64,000 nt of DNA from Callorhinchus milii (taxonomy: Eukaryota), in assembly GCF_018977255.1 (NCBI RefSeq), contig NW_024704742.1, positions 89,902,001 through 89,966,000 of the forward strand, given 5' to 3'. Positions 25,161 through 38,039 of the stretch are shown here, in pieces. The position numbers were made by a program, and so were the translations under genes. A model generated the notes under the pieces. The model saw only the letters and a program-made list of their open reading frames with translations. It did not search any database and was not told where the DNA came from. The first letter of the stretch is position 1, and each line of letters begins with the position of its first letter.

Positions 25161-28100
25161 TGTCAAGATTTGAAAGCAAATATTTGATGGGGTGACTGCT
25201 GATGCTGTCCAGTTAGTAAACTAAGATCCTGTTTAAGTGCATGTTAAAGATCCCATTTAGCAACTCTGTGCAATACATTTTCTGATGCAAAATGTAACGC
25301 GAGTTTCCTGAACACTCATCAGTCTGAACCACCCAACTTGTTATCATTGTAGATGCTGGAAATGTGCGTTGCAGCCAGTTTGCCATTAGACATCAAGAAC
25401 TAAAACACATGGCAAGTCTGTCATATTTTATCCTATGAAGTACATGAATCCACGTTAAGCTGTGAGAGCTTAAGTTGAGGTTTTGTACAATATTTAAAGC
25501 AAAAAAGCCTAGAATTAGTTTAGCCTATTGCAAAATAGCAAACTTTAAAAAAAATTAGCTAGTTCAGAAGCTGTTTAAGAATTGTGGAAATCCGCATTCC
25601 ACAGTATCAATGATGTATAGAATTTTCCACAATAATAGATTTTAAATTCAAATACAGGCTAAGAGTGGGAGGCATTTAAAATCCCTTTTTAACACTGATC
25701 CTCCTATCTGTTTTGGTGTCTATTATCAAATGCAAGGATTATATTTATTAGACATGCGTGTCTAGGTGGATCAAAAAGGAACAAATGATACACTGGAAAT
25801 TCAAAAATTATTTGTACTTGTGTAGTGTTGGTACAAAAGAAATTACACGAATAGCCTTCTAGAAAGAAAATGTCAAGACTTTATCCAGCAACACTGCTGT
25901 AGAAGAGATTTTGCCATTGATGTGTTAAAAGTAAATGTACATTCACAACTTATTTCAGAGGAAATGATGTTTTACTTGCCTGACCTCAGAGTCTATACAT
26001 GCACCTTGGGATTCAAAGCAAGGCTGAGAACTGGAGCACATTATAAAACAAGTGAGAAGAGACCACCTTTGTTTCCTCTACTGTTGACACATCTTGTAAT
26101 ATATCACAAAATGCTGCATTCAAAACACAGAATCAATTAGACAAATGAGAAAATTTACCCCAATTATATTAGGGAATGTTTCTCTAAAATACACCAATAT
26201 ATGTATTGATTTTATATGCATAATTGTCATATATTTATACAAACTGAGTTGTCTAAAGAAGGAAACATGGGATTACAGTTGCCTTATTTACATAGCCACT
26301 GGAAGGAATGTAATCTGACTTTTTTTGGGGGGGAAGGAAAGAGGAAAAAATTTTTATTTAATGAAGGCAATATATCAGGAATTCATTCCTCTTTTCATGC
26401 AGCCCAGTGATTCAAAGTGAACAACAATGTTTTTTTTAAAAATTAAAAAACATCCAATGGAAATGCCAATAAAACAAGTAATTCAAGTTCTCTCTATGAA
26501 AACCCACACAAAAAACACTAAAAGCTTTGGTAATAAAATAAAAAAAGTCCCCCAAAACAGTATTTTCCAGACAAAATATTACACAGTTATATTGCACTTT
26601 CAAACAAGACATTCTAATAAATAGTGTATGTTACAAAGATTTCATCTTAAATTATACATACATTTAGAGAACTAAGATGCTTAGATTTAGACCCATTTTG
26701 CTGGAAAGGAGAGCTCATTACATTCTGTGAAAAGCATAGTGTCATTATTGTTTTTATCTATCATATACAGTGCATTGCCTGTATTTCAACAAACAAGCCC
26801 TATGCCTTTTTACCAGTCACAGGGTTTATAACTTACACTTGTTTATTTCAAAATGTATTATGAAACTTGTGTCTGCTTACACCACAAAGACTTTTAAATA
26901 GTGTGAGGAGAATTCCTTTCCTTGATGTAAGTAGCATTTTTATAAAATAACTTTTTTTATAGAATGTGTACATTATATTGTATACATTATGTAACATGAG
27001 TGCTATGTGAGTAGTGTGAGAGTCGAGGAGCCATTGTATATCAGTTAGAATTACCATCTTTTCTGCTATAAATCGATTGCAGCCTTCGGTCCCTATATGT
27101 ACAAAAGGGGCTTATTCATTGCTTCCCAGCAACAGTGTGATTCAAAGTACTGTCTGCTCAGGAATGTTGTGATCAGGTGACACAGCCTGTTATTATTTTA
27201 AATAGTGTAGCAGGACATGGTTTAGCATGCACCAAACTCCTGCTCTGATGGGGGGTGGGAGGGGGCATGAAATAAAAACAAAACAAATTCAAATTGGAAC
27301 AAAAGGACACTATCGGCAGTCTGGCCTTCAGTCACTCTGCCCCCACCCTCTGGAACTCCATCCCTCAGTCCTTTTGCCTCGCTCCCTCCCTTGCCTCCTT
27401 CAAGATCCTCCTCTCCGACCGCACATTCGGGCACCCTCCTACCCCTGCCCTCCACCCCTACTGATTCCAACCCCCTGCTCAGGTCCAAACTTCTGACTGT
27501 CCAATGCCTTGGGACGTCCTGCTGACGTGAAAGATGTAATTTGTTGTTATGATAATCCTTACATTTGATTTACTGTAATGCTTTATCATGTCATTGAGAC
27601 AACTCAAAGTGCTTCACAGGATATACTGTAAAGTGGTGTGACTGTGATCAACTATATCATCTAAAGAACATGGTGCTCAATGGAGGGGCAAATTAACCCA
27701 GAGCATTGATCACAAACCTCCCAAATAGCATTGGGAGAGGCTAGAAAGCCACTTCATCCACCTTTCCCCCCACCCCCTTGGTTGTGGAGCAGAATGCAGC
27801 AATGGCTAAAAACTTATTGGGAAGCTGAGAAATTTTCAAAAAAATAAGTACAACAGTACAGAACTTGTTGGAGACTAAATAATGGGCTGTCATGGGTGCT
27901 CGGGTACATTATCATTCATAATCTGGCATGAAATCTATAAAACAAAATAGCATCTCAAATAAGGAGAGAAAGATCACAAGTTATAAAGGGTTGTTTTTAA
28001 ACATATGCAAGGGGTAAGTATAGGCAGTGCCCACCACTGAAGCTAATTCTGGTACAAGTCATGTATAATGAATGATAAGTCACAAGATAATGGTAAGGCA

Positions 28101-29053
28101 TCCAACTGTTTTTTGCTAAACCATCTGAAGAATGCAGGATGATGGGCTATATTTTCCAAGATACGATACATTTGGACAGAAGACATTTCCTCTGGGATCA
28201 TAAAATTATCCCATTCGTTTTCAGGCTGAACTATGCTTACTTGCTCAACTTTTCGCTGATCCCAAAATGGATTATTGTCAACTTGCTCTTCAATGTACCT
28301 TTCACAGGAAAGATGTGGAGGGGATTTATTTTTAAGGGACAATAGTGTTTTCATTCAGAAATTAACCCTTACATATCAAAAGCCGAAGACACTTAGTTGT
28401 ACGACTAAATGATTCAGGTCTATGATAGGTGTAGAACAAAGCAATTTGTAGCAGACTGCCCTTCCCTCCCTCAATAGCAATGCAATTCCTTTCTGTCAAA
28501 CACAGGCTGTACATCCAAAGCTCCTTATCATGTTTAAGTCCATTGATTCTGGCTTCCATTTCAAGCCCCGAGCAATGCACCACTTTGTTCATCGTACTGT
28601 TAGTCTTCACTACATTGCACAAAGGTCTGAGCAGAAATCCCCACGAAGCAGCCAAAGTGGAACCAGCTCCCTATGCATATGTTATACGTACATTATACAC
28701 ATATGGTGGCTTCTGATACATGAAGGCGAACAGTTAATTAATTCTAGAACATGGACCATCCTTCCAGGTCTTTTACAATCCTTGTCCTGTCTGTGCCACA
28801 AAATGCACATATTAGAATGGCTGAAACCTTCATCTGAAGCACAAAGGTAACACAATCTAAAGTTATTATTGTAATAGTTTTACTGCATCAAAGTCGGAAG
28901 GTGCCGGTTTTTTATCCCTACACACAATTTTATTTTCTCTCCCAACCGTCATACAAATGAATCCTTTAGTGTTTTATTTTTCCGAAATTTCAAAATCCTT
29001 TAGTCATTTTTCCCCTCGGAAAATCATTCCCTGCTGACTTGCTGCTCTCTTCT

Positions 29054-29160
29054 TCAGAGGTCTCTGCAGGATTCACAGCAGCGTAGCTTGTATTGCGAGA
29101 GGTGGCACAGTTTCAGCCGCTTCACCATTTCACAGTATCTTGTGGTGTCTCTGCATTCCG
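29054..29160 (-). CDS. ADAMTSL1: ADAMTSL1 terminal coding exon, PLAC domain
   Basis: cctacag|CG GAA TGC..., giving ECRDTTRYCEMVKRLKLCHLSQYKLRCCESCRDL*. Much closer to recalled ADAMTSL1 (ECRDTTRYCEKVKQLKLCQLSQFK) than to ADAMTSL3. Confidence 0.93.
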
Positions 29161-29941
29161 CTGTAGGATAAGGTGTGGGACAGAAAAAATAAACTGGTAA
29201 TGGCACACATTTCTGAAGTCTGTATCTACCTAGTCTACCAGGCAATTCGGGAAGGGTCTTGCACTGAATTAAGACAACATAACAGAAAGGTTTGCAGTAC
29301 TTCAGCACCGCTTGTTGCCGGTATTCATTAAAAAGCAATTGTTTGTGAATTCTGTCAAGTATTAATAATAATAATAATAATAATCTGTTCACTGGACTCA
29401 GACCATGCCTCATAGGGCGGCCAAGGTTGGATAGGGGAAAACCAGCAAGGAAAGCCTGCCCCTGGTCCCTCTACAGCACCTTCTACTGTTATAATGCAAA
29501 GTATTGCAGCCAAGTGAGGACAGGTCAACTTGGTGCTGCAGGCCACACGTATGTATCCAGTTACCTTTTAAATAGTATCACGGTCTTAACTTCAACAATT
29601 ATTTGTGGTAAGACATTTATTATTCTACTAACCTCTCTTTTTATCTATTGACCATCCGCAATTTATACCCTTTTATTATTGAACTCACCGATCAAGTGGA
29701 AATAGTTTCTCCTTATAGACTCTAGCAAAAGTATTAATAATTTTGAAAACCTGTGTTAGATTCCCCTTAACCTTCACAACTCCAGCAAAAAAAAGTCCCA
29801 GATTTTCAAGTCACTCCACATCATTGTAAATTCTTGAATCACGGTATTGTCGGAGTCAAACTATGTCATAACTTTTCCATTAAATATGGATTCACCTCAC
29901 AATATCGCCTACTCGTTTCAGATTGTCTGGTGTCTTGCATT

Positions 29942-30170
29942 GTAAGAACATAAGATAACAGGAACAGGAGAAGACTATTAAGACTGAGGTGGATACATTT
30001 TTGCTATGTCAGGATATCAAGGGACATGGGGCAAAGGCAGGCATTTGGAATTGAGGTACAGATCAGCCATGGTCTAATAGAATGGCAGAATAGGCTTGAG
30101 GGGCTGAATTACCTATTCCTGTTCTTGTGTTCTTAAGACTGCTCCACCAATTCTTGGCAGATCTTTTAAT
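29942..30170. mobile_element. Nested, oppositely oriented CR1 3' ends
   Basis: A minus-strand tail AAGAACATAAGA...AGGAACAGGAG is interrupted by a plus-strand 3' end ending CCTATTCCTGTTCTTGTGTTCTT. Confidence 0.7.
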
Positions 30171-30427
30171 CCCAATGCCCCACCCGTTTACCATACCCAC
30201 TTTAAAACCTCCATTAAATTCCCCCCTAACCTTCACAGCACGATTCAAAATGGTCCCAATTATTCAGGTCACTGAGATGATTATGGGCCCATGGGCATTA
30301 GGTTTCTAAATAAAAAAATATCCACAGTTTTCAGGTTTATAATATTTTAATCAACATAAACTATTTCTAATTGTAATTTGTCTCTGAGAAACACATGTGT
30401 TATTCACTAAGATGGTACAATACTCAC

Positions 30428-30648
30428 ATTTTTCACATGGAATAATGTTGCACCGCTGCCAGTTGGCTGGTCGCTGTTTCCATAAGCAGAACTGTTCCCT
30501 CACCACCCTGTTGCTGCCCAGATGTACACATTCTACTCGCCTGGACTGGAAACCATAATTCCCACAGGAAGATGTACATGGGGTCCAGGAATTACTTTCC
30601 CAATGGACGATGCAAACATCTGTGGTACAATTCCGAAGACTGACTGGC
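30428..30648 (-). CDS. ADAMTSL1: ADAMTSL1 last TSP1-repeat exon (not in the ORF track)
   Basis: ttccttag|G CCA ... AAAAT|gtgagt, 221 nt, phase 2 to 1. PVSLRNCTTDVCIVHWESNSWTPCTSSCGNYGFQSRRVECVHLGSNRVVREQFCLWKQRPANWQRCNIIPCEK. CGNYGFQSRRVECVH and RPANWQRCNI match recalled human ADAMTSL1. Confidence 0.93.
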
Positions 30649-30704
30649 CTAAGGAATGCATGTCATAAAAATATATAGTCAACAACCATTGTTTGGATAT
30701 GTGG

Positions 30705-30949
30705 TTTTACAAGCTGTGTCAATTTTGATTCTTGATACGCAATAATGCCCCTAACAAATGCTCTAGGGCCATCAAATCTTGGCTCTTACCAACTTCTGCC
30801 TAATACTTTCCGAGATTAGGTGAGCTTGGTGCATCCCTCTAGGGGGACATTGTGCATTCCATTCCAAACATGGAAATTTCCATGCATATGTGGAACGCTT
30901 AAGCATGGTGATGGGTTTCCACAAGTGCGAGACACCCAGCTGACCAAAA
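30705..30949. repeat. Unclassified dispersed repeat, copy 3 (inverted)
   Basis: CCTAATACTTTCC, GCATTCCATTCCAA and GGGTTTCCACA...GCTGACCAAAA are reverse complements of copy 1 blocks. Confidence 0.75.
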
Positions 30950-31538
30950 CATATACCCAGTGCTAACTATAGGATTACCCAACACATTTAATTAAGTCAA
31001 GTTAACATTTAAGAGTAAAAAGATTTTCCGATAGCAAACCAATTACTTGTGATGCATGAAAACAGAGTTTAGAGAATTAACACAGATATAGTTCTTCCAA
31101 AGAGGGCTGTAAGTTTCACAAAGAATTTCAAAGAATGTACATGCAACAACAACTTGCATTTATATAGCGTCCCAGAGCATTTGATAGTGGTGGAGCACAA
31201 TGCCGAGCCAGGGGTGCGGGTGGGGGGATGGGGATCGTAAACACAGTCGAATAGGAAGGTCTTCAGATGCAACCAGAAGATGGGGAAGGAGGGGACAAGC
31301 CGGAGGGATAGAGGAAGAATGTTCCATAGTTTCAGATTGCAGTGGCTGAAAGTGCTGTCGCCAGAGCCAGTCGAGCAGAGGCAGCAGGTAGTGGATTGGG
31401 GAATAAACATGTCAGAGAGTTAGGGAGGTGCCAGGGCATCACTTACATACCTTCATACTCTTCTATTTCCCATGGTGACTAACAAGGGATCAGTACAAAG
31501 AGCTTACACGAGTACAACATTGCATTGAAGGACAATAC

Positions 31539-31648
31539 CTTGTGTTCCTGCTGCATTGGTCAAACGGTAACTTGGTCCCATTGTGCGCCTGGCAGAGGAT
31601 ATTACGGTGTTGTGTTCCCAGCCTGAGTCCCACACATTGGCCATTGCA
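31539..31648 (-). CDS. ADAMTSL1: ADAMTSL1 TSP1-repeat exon
   Basis: ttttggcag|TGC ... ACAAG|gtattg, 110 nt, phase 0 to 2. CNGQCVGLRLGTQHRNILCQAHNGTKLPFDQCSRNTR. Confidence 0.9.
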
Positions 31649-34600
31649 CTGCCAAAAGCAAAACAGGGTGCTGCAGCTTAGTTCATTTGTATTCCCATCA
31701 ATCCTATCTTTGCTGGCGAGAGCAAAGTTAGCCAAACAAAAATGTAGAATATCATTTACATTTACATAGAACTTTTTACATCAGGAGGACATACTACTGG
31801 TTGGGTAACCAAGCTGGGGGTGGAGCCGAAGAGGGGAGGGGAAAGATGACTGAAAGTGTGATCAAAGAGGTATGTCTTGATCTTGGGATCTCATCAATCC
31901 TAGTTTTGCCCATATTTTCCATTTCTGATCTCACCAGACCAGCGAAAATTTCTTGCATTTGATATAGGGATTTTCTCCCAGTGTCCTGGCTAACAATCCC
32001 CCAAATAAAATTGGTCATTCATTTAATGGCTGTTTGCGGAAGAAAGAATAGAATATACCGTAAAGTGAATTAACTATATTTTGTGGGCGAAACGCAGCAG
32101 CCAATTGCACACAGCAGTGTCCCACAAACACATGGATTGAGTGACCACATTATTATTTTTTAAGGGATATTTACCTTCCCCCTCCACCCCCTAACATCCT
32201 AGTCATTTTCTTAATGGTCATGAAGGTGATTTAAACAGAGGCACATCAGCCTGAGACAGAGAGATAGAAACTAGCCAAATGAGAAACACCCTCTTCGCTC
32301 ACCTTTCAGCTAAAGCCAGATGGATCTTTTAACTATTAAGTCTGGTCTTGTGCATGTGTGTCTGTGTGTGTGCTCTGTACATGTGTGAATGACCGTATTA
32401 ACTCTGGGCTGTTACCCAATATTGTATGTTCTGTACATATTCACATATTTTTCACTTCCTCACTGACTCCTGTGCTGTGTCCAGAGCCACACCAGATAAT
32501 TCCACTTATTGCATGTGAGTAAATCAACAGTGAAAATTTGGCCTATGCGAATTGTAGCACACTGACTGCGGTACTGCTCATTGTCCCTTTAAACCACTGA
32601 AACCTGAACGTTTATAGTGCCTGAGAGTTAAGAACCTCCACCTTCAGTCCTGGAACAATGTAGTGTCATATAGTTCAGATTGGATCTATGCCACTTGCTT
32701 CCGCAGCGGAATTTGACGCATAAGTTACACATTTGGAGGACACATCTTAGGAATCAAAAAGGGTGATGTTTCATCAAAGCAGAGCTACAGAAGGGACATG
32801 GTTTGGGAATCTTCAATGTTTTGGCTGACATGATATCATTGAGAGAGCCTATTTTGATCAGTCAACTGCAATTGCAAGGTCAAATGTTTTGCCTGGTTTC
32901 ATTTAGAGACCAGCTATAGGCAGGGGAGGGAGGTGTCTTTACTGCTCTTGCTGTTTTGTATTAATAATGTTGCTGAACAGTCAACCTGCTCAGTATTAAA
33001 ATCTAATTTCACCCGATTCCCAGGAGTCCCATAAATTTCCACACATTACCTTCAGTGCACAAACAGTCAAAGCAATTCCTTTTATAAACTGTAAGAATCA
33101 CAAAGTTATACAAGCAAAAGTAACCATTCACATTTTCTTGTTTAAGGCAATGAAGTAAATTGGTAGTGTTTGCTTCACTTGCTTCATGTTCCTGGAGCTT
33201 TAGTTTTAAATTCTGCTGATAGGAAACACTCTGGCACACTCATATTATTTTTGTATTATTATATTATATTATTATACATCATATTTCATTTACCTCTTAG
33301 CCACACTGGGGAACTGAGTGTGTGGCTAAGTATGAGTTATGGGGAGGAGGGGCAGAGAGTGAAGGGGAACCACAACACACACAGACAGACACACACATAC
33401 CCCCCCCACACTGCAAATGTTAAAGGGACACTTTTATTCTTAATTTCTTTATGAAATACCTGCACTACTAAGCTGAAATGCATCAGTCTGCCACAAATGA
33501 AGGCAACCGGGACTTTTCCTCCCTCCCCAAATCAAAATAGGTTTTATAAAAATGATTTCCAGAAGGTGGTGTCCTTTGAGAATGAACGTGTGTATGTCTT
33601 GCAGATTCATACTGAGTTTATCCTGTGAGCAGCTGAGTAATAAGATTCTATTCTCAGGTTCTGTTTTTCCTCTGAGCCCAGTTTGATGATCATGGGGGAA
33701 TTCTACTCCACTTCCCCAACACTGTACTATTCTGCTCTGCAGCACTGCAATCCCTGAATTTCAATTTCATAGCTGTGGAGGCAATAAGGACATCACCAAT
33801 GGCTTGAGCATCCCCCAGATTAGAAAAGGGGGAAAACCACCAGCCAGGTGTCTGATCATGACCCAGCTTTCCTAGTTTCCTTGTCTGTTTACCTAGCAGT
33901 TAGTAGTAATCCAGTTGTTAGTCGATTGGGGATCACTTTTCAGAGGTAATAATCCCTTTAAAAAAATCATAATAATTTGGTCACTCAATCCACGGCTGTT
34001 TGTAGGACACTGCTGTGCACAGGTTAAGACTAGGTGAAATTTCGCCCACAAAATACAGAGTCAATCCACTTTACATATTCTTTCATTTACCTTTCATATT
34101 CTGTGAAGCGCTTTGAGACTTCTCATCAACATGATAAGATACTATATTAAATGCTAGTATTATCATTATTATTTTGGGCAGGATCATTTGCAAACAGCTT
34201 GGTAGCTCCGGGCTCGGGAGCCATGCAACTGAGGTAATTAACCCTTTGGCAGAATCTAAATACTAACTAAAATATTTGTATTCCATCCTGTCATAATTCT
34301 AGTATTCAATGCATTTCAATCTTATATAATCCTAATAATAATATTTCCACCTGGTGTAGCTCCTTTCATAGAGCAAGGATGTCCCAAAGCACTTCACAGG
34401 ACAGGATTTACTGTAAAGTGTAGTGACTGAATTTTTTTTCTTTCAGCTTATTTGTGTTAAATTAAACAATATACAGCAATATTTAACATACAGCCATTTC
34501 AGTATTTAAATGTTTATAGCGAACACCCAATATAACAAATACTCTGTTTCCCAAGTCCCCAGGGCATTCGTTGTGAAGAAGAGGGAGTTTTTCTTTTCTA

Positions 34601-35079
34601 CATCCATTTGTGTTCTACTTCACTTCCCAATGCTGTATTATTCCATTCGGTAGCATTGGTATCCCTGAATTTCATTAGGACAAACAGACGTTAACAAAAG
34701 TATATAATGTAACCAAAGAAAAAGCACTTGATTCTCTCCCCTCCTGAACTTTTATAGAGATACATAGATGTAACACTAGTTTGATTATAATCAAGCCATT
34801 CTTGATTATACTAAACCTGTGAACTCAGTTAAATGATCAGCACTTCAATACAGCACTGATTAAATAATTTGGTCTGTTAGAATATTTGGGGAAGGAATGG
34901 AGGGTAACAGGACAAATTCAGTTCATGATCACTGGGTGGTAATTACCACAACCACGTCACTCCCCCCACCATCCATTATTTCTGGATCGGATCTGAATTC
35001 AAATTAATTCACAGAATTAGATATTTTAGATATCAAATGGTTTAGATATCAAATAACAATAATAATCCTGGTATTTGAT

Positions 35080-35560
35080 ATAACAACAACTGGGACTTAT
35101 AAAGCACCCTCCACGCCGGATGGCATCTCAGAGTGCTTCACACAACAGATCCCGGGATCAAGCCAGAGGGAGGGGGAGGAAGGTGACCAAAGACCTGATC
35201 GAAAAGAAAGGTCTTCAGCAGAGACTTGAAAATAGGAAGGAGGGAGCGAGGTGAAGGAAATGATGAAGGGAGTTCCAGAGCCTCGGAACATAGAGGCTGA
35301 AGGCACGGCCGCCGAGGATGGAACGGAGGAATCGGGGACGAGGAGGAGGCCAGACCTGGAGGAACGAAGGCAACAGGTACTATGCTGAGGAGAGAGGAGG
35401 TCAGAGAGGTAGGAGGGTGCAGAGAAGTGCAGGGACCTGAATACAAGGGTGAGGATCTTGAAATCGGGGGAGGGGGAGGAAGGTGACCAAAGGCGCAGTT
35501 GAAAAAGTCTTCAGCAGAGACCTGAAAATAGGAAGGGAGAGAACGAGGCAAAGGGATTGA
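35080..35560 (-). mobile_element. Two tandem L2 3'-end segments
   Basis: IF(K/R)SLLKTF peptide occurs twice. Block GGAGGGGGAGGAAGGTGACCAAAG...TCTTCAGCAGAGAC repeats at ~35168 and ~35469. Confidence 0.75.
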
Positions 35561-35674
35561 GGAAGGACCTTATGTCTTTGAGATGTCTCAAACCGTTTCA
35601 CAGGATATATTGTAAAGTGGATTGACTGCGTGTTTTGTGGGAGAGACAAATGTTGCATCACTATTGGTACAGAC

Positions 35675-35882
35675 CTGCCCCCATTTTGAGACAAGCCATT
35701 CTGAGCAGTGTTGCTTGTTGCAGGTTTGAATGTCCATCGGCTTCCTTCCCAAATTAGCACAGAAGTCGTCTGACAGATCAACAAGTATCCCGGCTGCGGT
35801 CACCCTCTGACAACTGATTTGACGGCTCTGAGATCCTCCCCCGCAGCTCTCAGTGCAGGGGGACCAGGTGGTTGTAATCCAC
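35675..35882 (-). CDS. ADAMTSL1: ADAMTSL1 TSP1-repeat exon
   Basis: ttctctag|G TGG ... GGGCAG|gtctgt, 208 nt, phase 2 to 0. WITTTWSPCTESCGGGSQSRQISCQR...CNKQHCSEWLVSKWGQ. Confidence 0.93.
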
Positions 35883-36117
35883 CTAGAGAAAGACATTAAA
35901 ATCAAACAGTCCTCACCAACCTTACTTGAGTGTTAGTGCACCTCCTCTTAAATCTGTGACTCCTTCTCAATTTCCCCTCACATTGCTTTTCTGTCTGATT
36001 GTATCAATTGCTCTAATATGACTGCTAAGTATTCTGGAGGACACAAAAATCATAAGCATCAATCCTGATATCTTCTCAGCACGAAGCATAAATAAAGCAC
36101 AGCACCTATTTTATGAC

Positions 36118-36290
36118 AATTTTAAAGCATGATGTGTTTTGAAATCTAAAACCGCATTTTAAAGCATGTTGATGTGTTTTGAAGTGTAATGACACGTTTG
36201 AAAGCAAGATGATGTCTTTTGAAGCATAATGACATATTTTAAAGCATGCTAACATGTTTTAGAGTGTGATGACACGTTTTAAAGCATGAC
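36118..36290. repeat. Degenerate 20-bp minisatellite (~8 units) with 40-bp higher-order period
   Basis: Alternating TTTTAAAGCATG(A/T)TGATGTG and TTTTGAAGTGTAATGACACG units. Confidence 0.8.
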
Positions 36291-36412
36291 AACTTATTCT
36301 GAAGTTGTGTATTCATTGGTGTTGCAAAGCGCTGACCTGCGGACATCTTGATCTAATTCAAACTACTGCCATTATAATGGGATTCTGCTGTGTGCTCTTC
36401 TACATTGCTTAC

Positions 36413-36596
36413 CTTGGGGGACAGTCTTTTACATTACATGGCACAGAATGGATGAGTGGTTTCGGCTTCTCTTTGCAGTAAGACCTTTCAACCTCGATGT
36501 TGTTGTCTTGAAGACACTTCAGTTTTGTCAACTGCATCCCTTTGTTTCCACATGGGGCAGAGCAGGGCATCATCCCACCAAGCAGCCACTTGTATT
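36413..36596 (-). CDS. ADAMTSL1: ADAMTSL1 TSP1-repeat exon (not in the ORF track)
   Basis: ataattag|AA ... CCAAG|gtaagc, 184 nt, phase 1 to 2. EYKWLLGGMMPCSAPCGNKGMQLTKLKCLQDNNIEVERSYCKEKPKPLIHSVPCNVKDCPPR. Confidence 0.9.
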
Positions 36597-38039
36597 CTAA
36601 TTATAAATTATAAATTGAAATCTTCTAAAAAATATAACACTCAAAGATACTCACTTTTCAAGCAGAAATGGACATTCTCAGTTGTCAGGGTGGGATGGAT
36701 CCTTTTCTCGATTCCCTTTAAATTCAATGGATGATGTATCCACTCATTGGACTGAAAATCAGTTCAGTAAATGGCATCTGCCAGTCAGCCTCAGCTGGTA
36801 GCACTCCTGCCTCTCAGTCAAAAGCTTGTGGGACATTGAGCTCATGACTTGAGCTGGCATCCCAAAGGTATCGTCCTTTCATTGGCATGTTAATCCAAGG
36901 TCCTGTCTACCTGTTCAGGTGGGTGTTGAAGATCCCACAGCATGTGTGAAAAGGGAATGGAGCTTCTCCCATTGTCCTGGCCAACAATCCCCCAAATAAA
37001 ATTGTTCATTCATTTCTTGCCTATTTGTGTGATGACAGACAGATCAGGGAGTCTGGCTCATCAACAGAACATGGAAGGGCAGACCAGTCCCAGGAAGGGA
37101 GGGGAGGCGATGGGTATGGTTGGAGGAAGTTGGAAGGGCTGTTCTCACTTGGTCTGTTAAACCTTAATGGGTAAGAAGGTACGCCGTGGATAAGTAGCAG
37201 GAAGCTTGCCAGAAAAATAAAACAAAGAGCTAGAGAATGCAGTGGTGTAGGAAAGTGATTACACCAACTCCAAATTCTTTTGTCGCTTTGATTGTCTTGG
37301 GAAGTATGAATTAGATTTCAGTTCAGATGCTCCCAGTTCCGGGATCATCACCAGTTCTGACAAGCTTGGTGGCCTCTAAATGGGTCCTGCTAAGAATTAC
37401 CCTATGGTCGTCTTTCCACTGAAATTAGAGTTAGGATTTAACATTAGAAGTTGGTGACTATTATCAGCTGAGGGCTTTATTAGTGATGGGTAAAGTAGGG
37501 TATAGGTATATATATATATATATGATCAGTGCCACTGAACAGAAGGAAATGGTATCAGGTTTTATTATTGTAAGTGAGCGCATCCCAAGTATAAGTAGGA
37601 ACTGCGTTTGAGATGTGATCACTTATAGTTACAATAATAATTATTTTGAAGAGCTCTCTTGATAGAGTAAAACATGAATCACTACTCAGCCTCTATCTAC
37701 CTCCTGGCAGAAGCTTGTCCTTCCTCACTTTCTCCACACAGTAAAAACAAGTTTCACAGTGAGTGCCCTTCATTCATTGAGAGTGAAGCCATGGCTTTCC
37801 TGCGGAGAGATAATCAGTAGCTACTTGCCATGAGCTAATGAGGTCGTGATGATGCTTCGCCTCTGGGCTAACATGCATGCATGGCAGGGCCTTTCAATTA
37901 GGTTTCACCCCAACTGAAGGAAAGGGGAAAATTTCTGTGTATCTAATAGCCTGTTTCTGTTCTGTCAATGCTATACAATTATCTAGGAGGATTATGTAGG
38001 AATTAGGATGGAACTTCCGGCCCATTTCAAACCTGCCTA

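Noticed and set aside
34780..34812. Short hairpin TATAATCAAG-CCATT-CTTGATTATA
   Set aside because: A 10-bp AT-rich stem is plausible by chance or local slippage, with no supporting context.
36118..36290. CRISPR-like array (also 7512-7688 and 57238-57382)
   Set aside because: Eukaryotic intron context, contiguous tandem units without unique spacers, and no cas genes.
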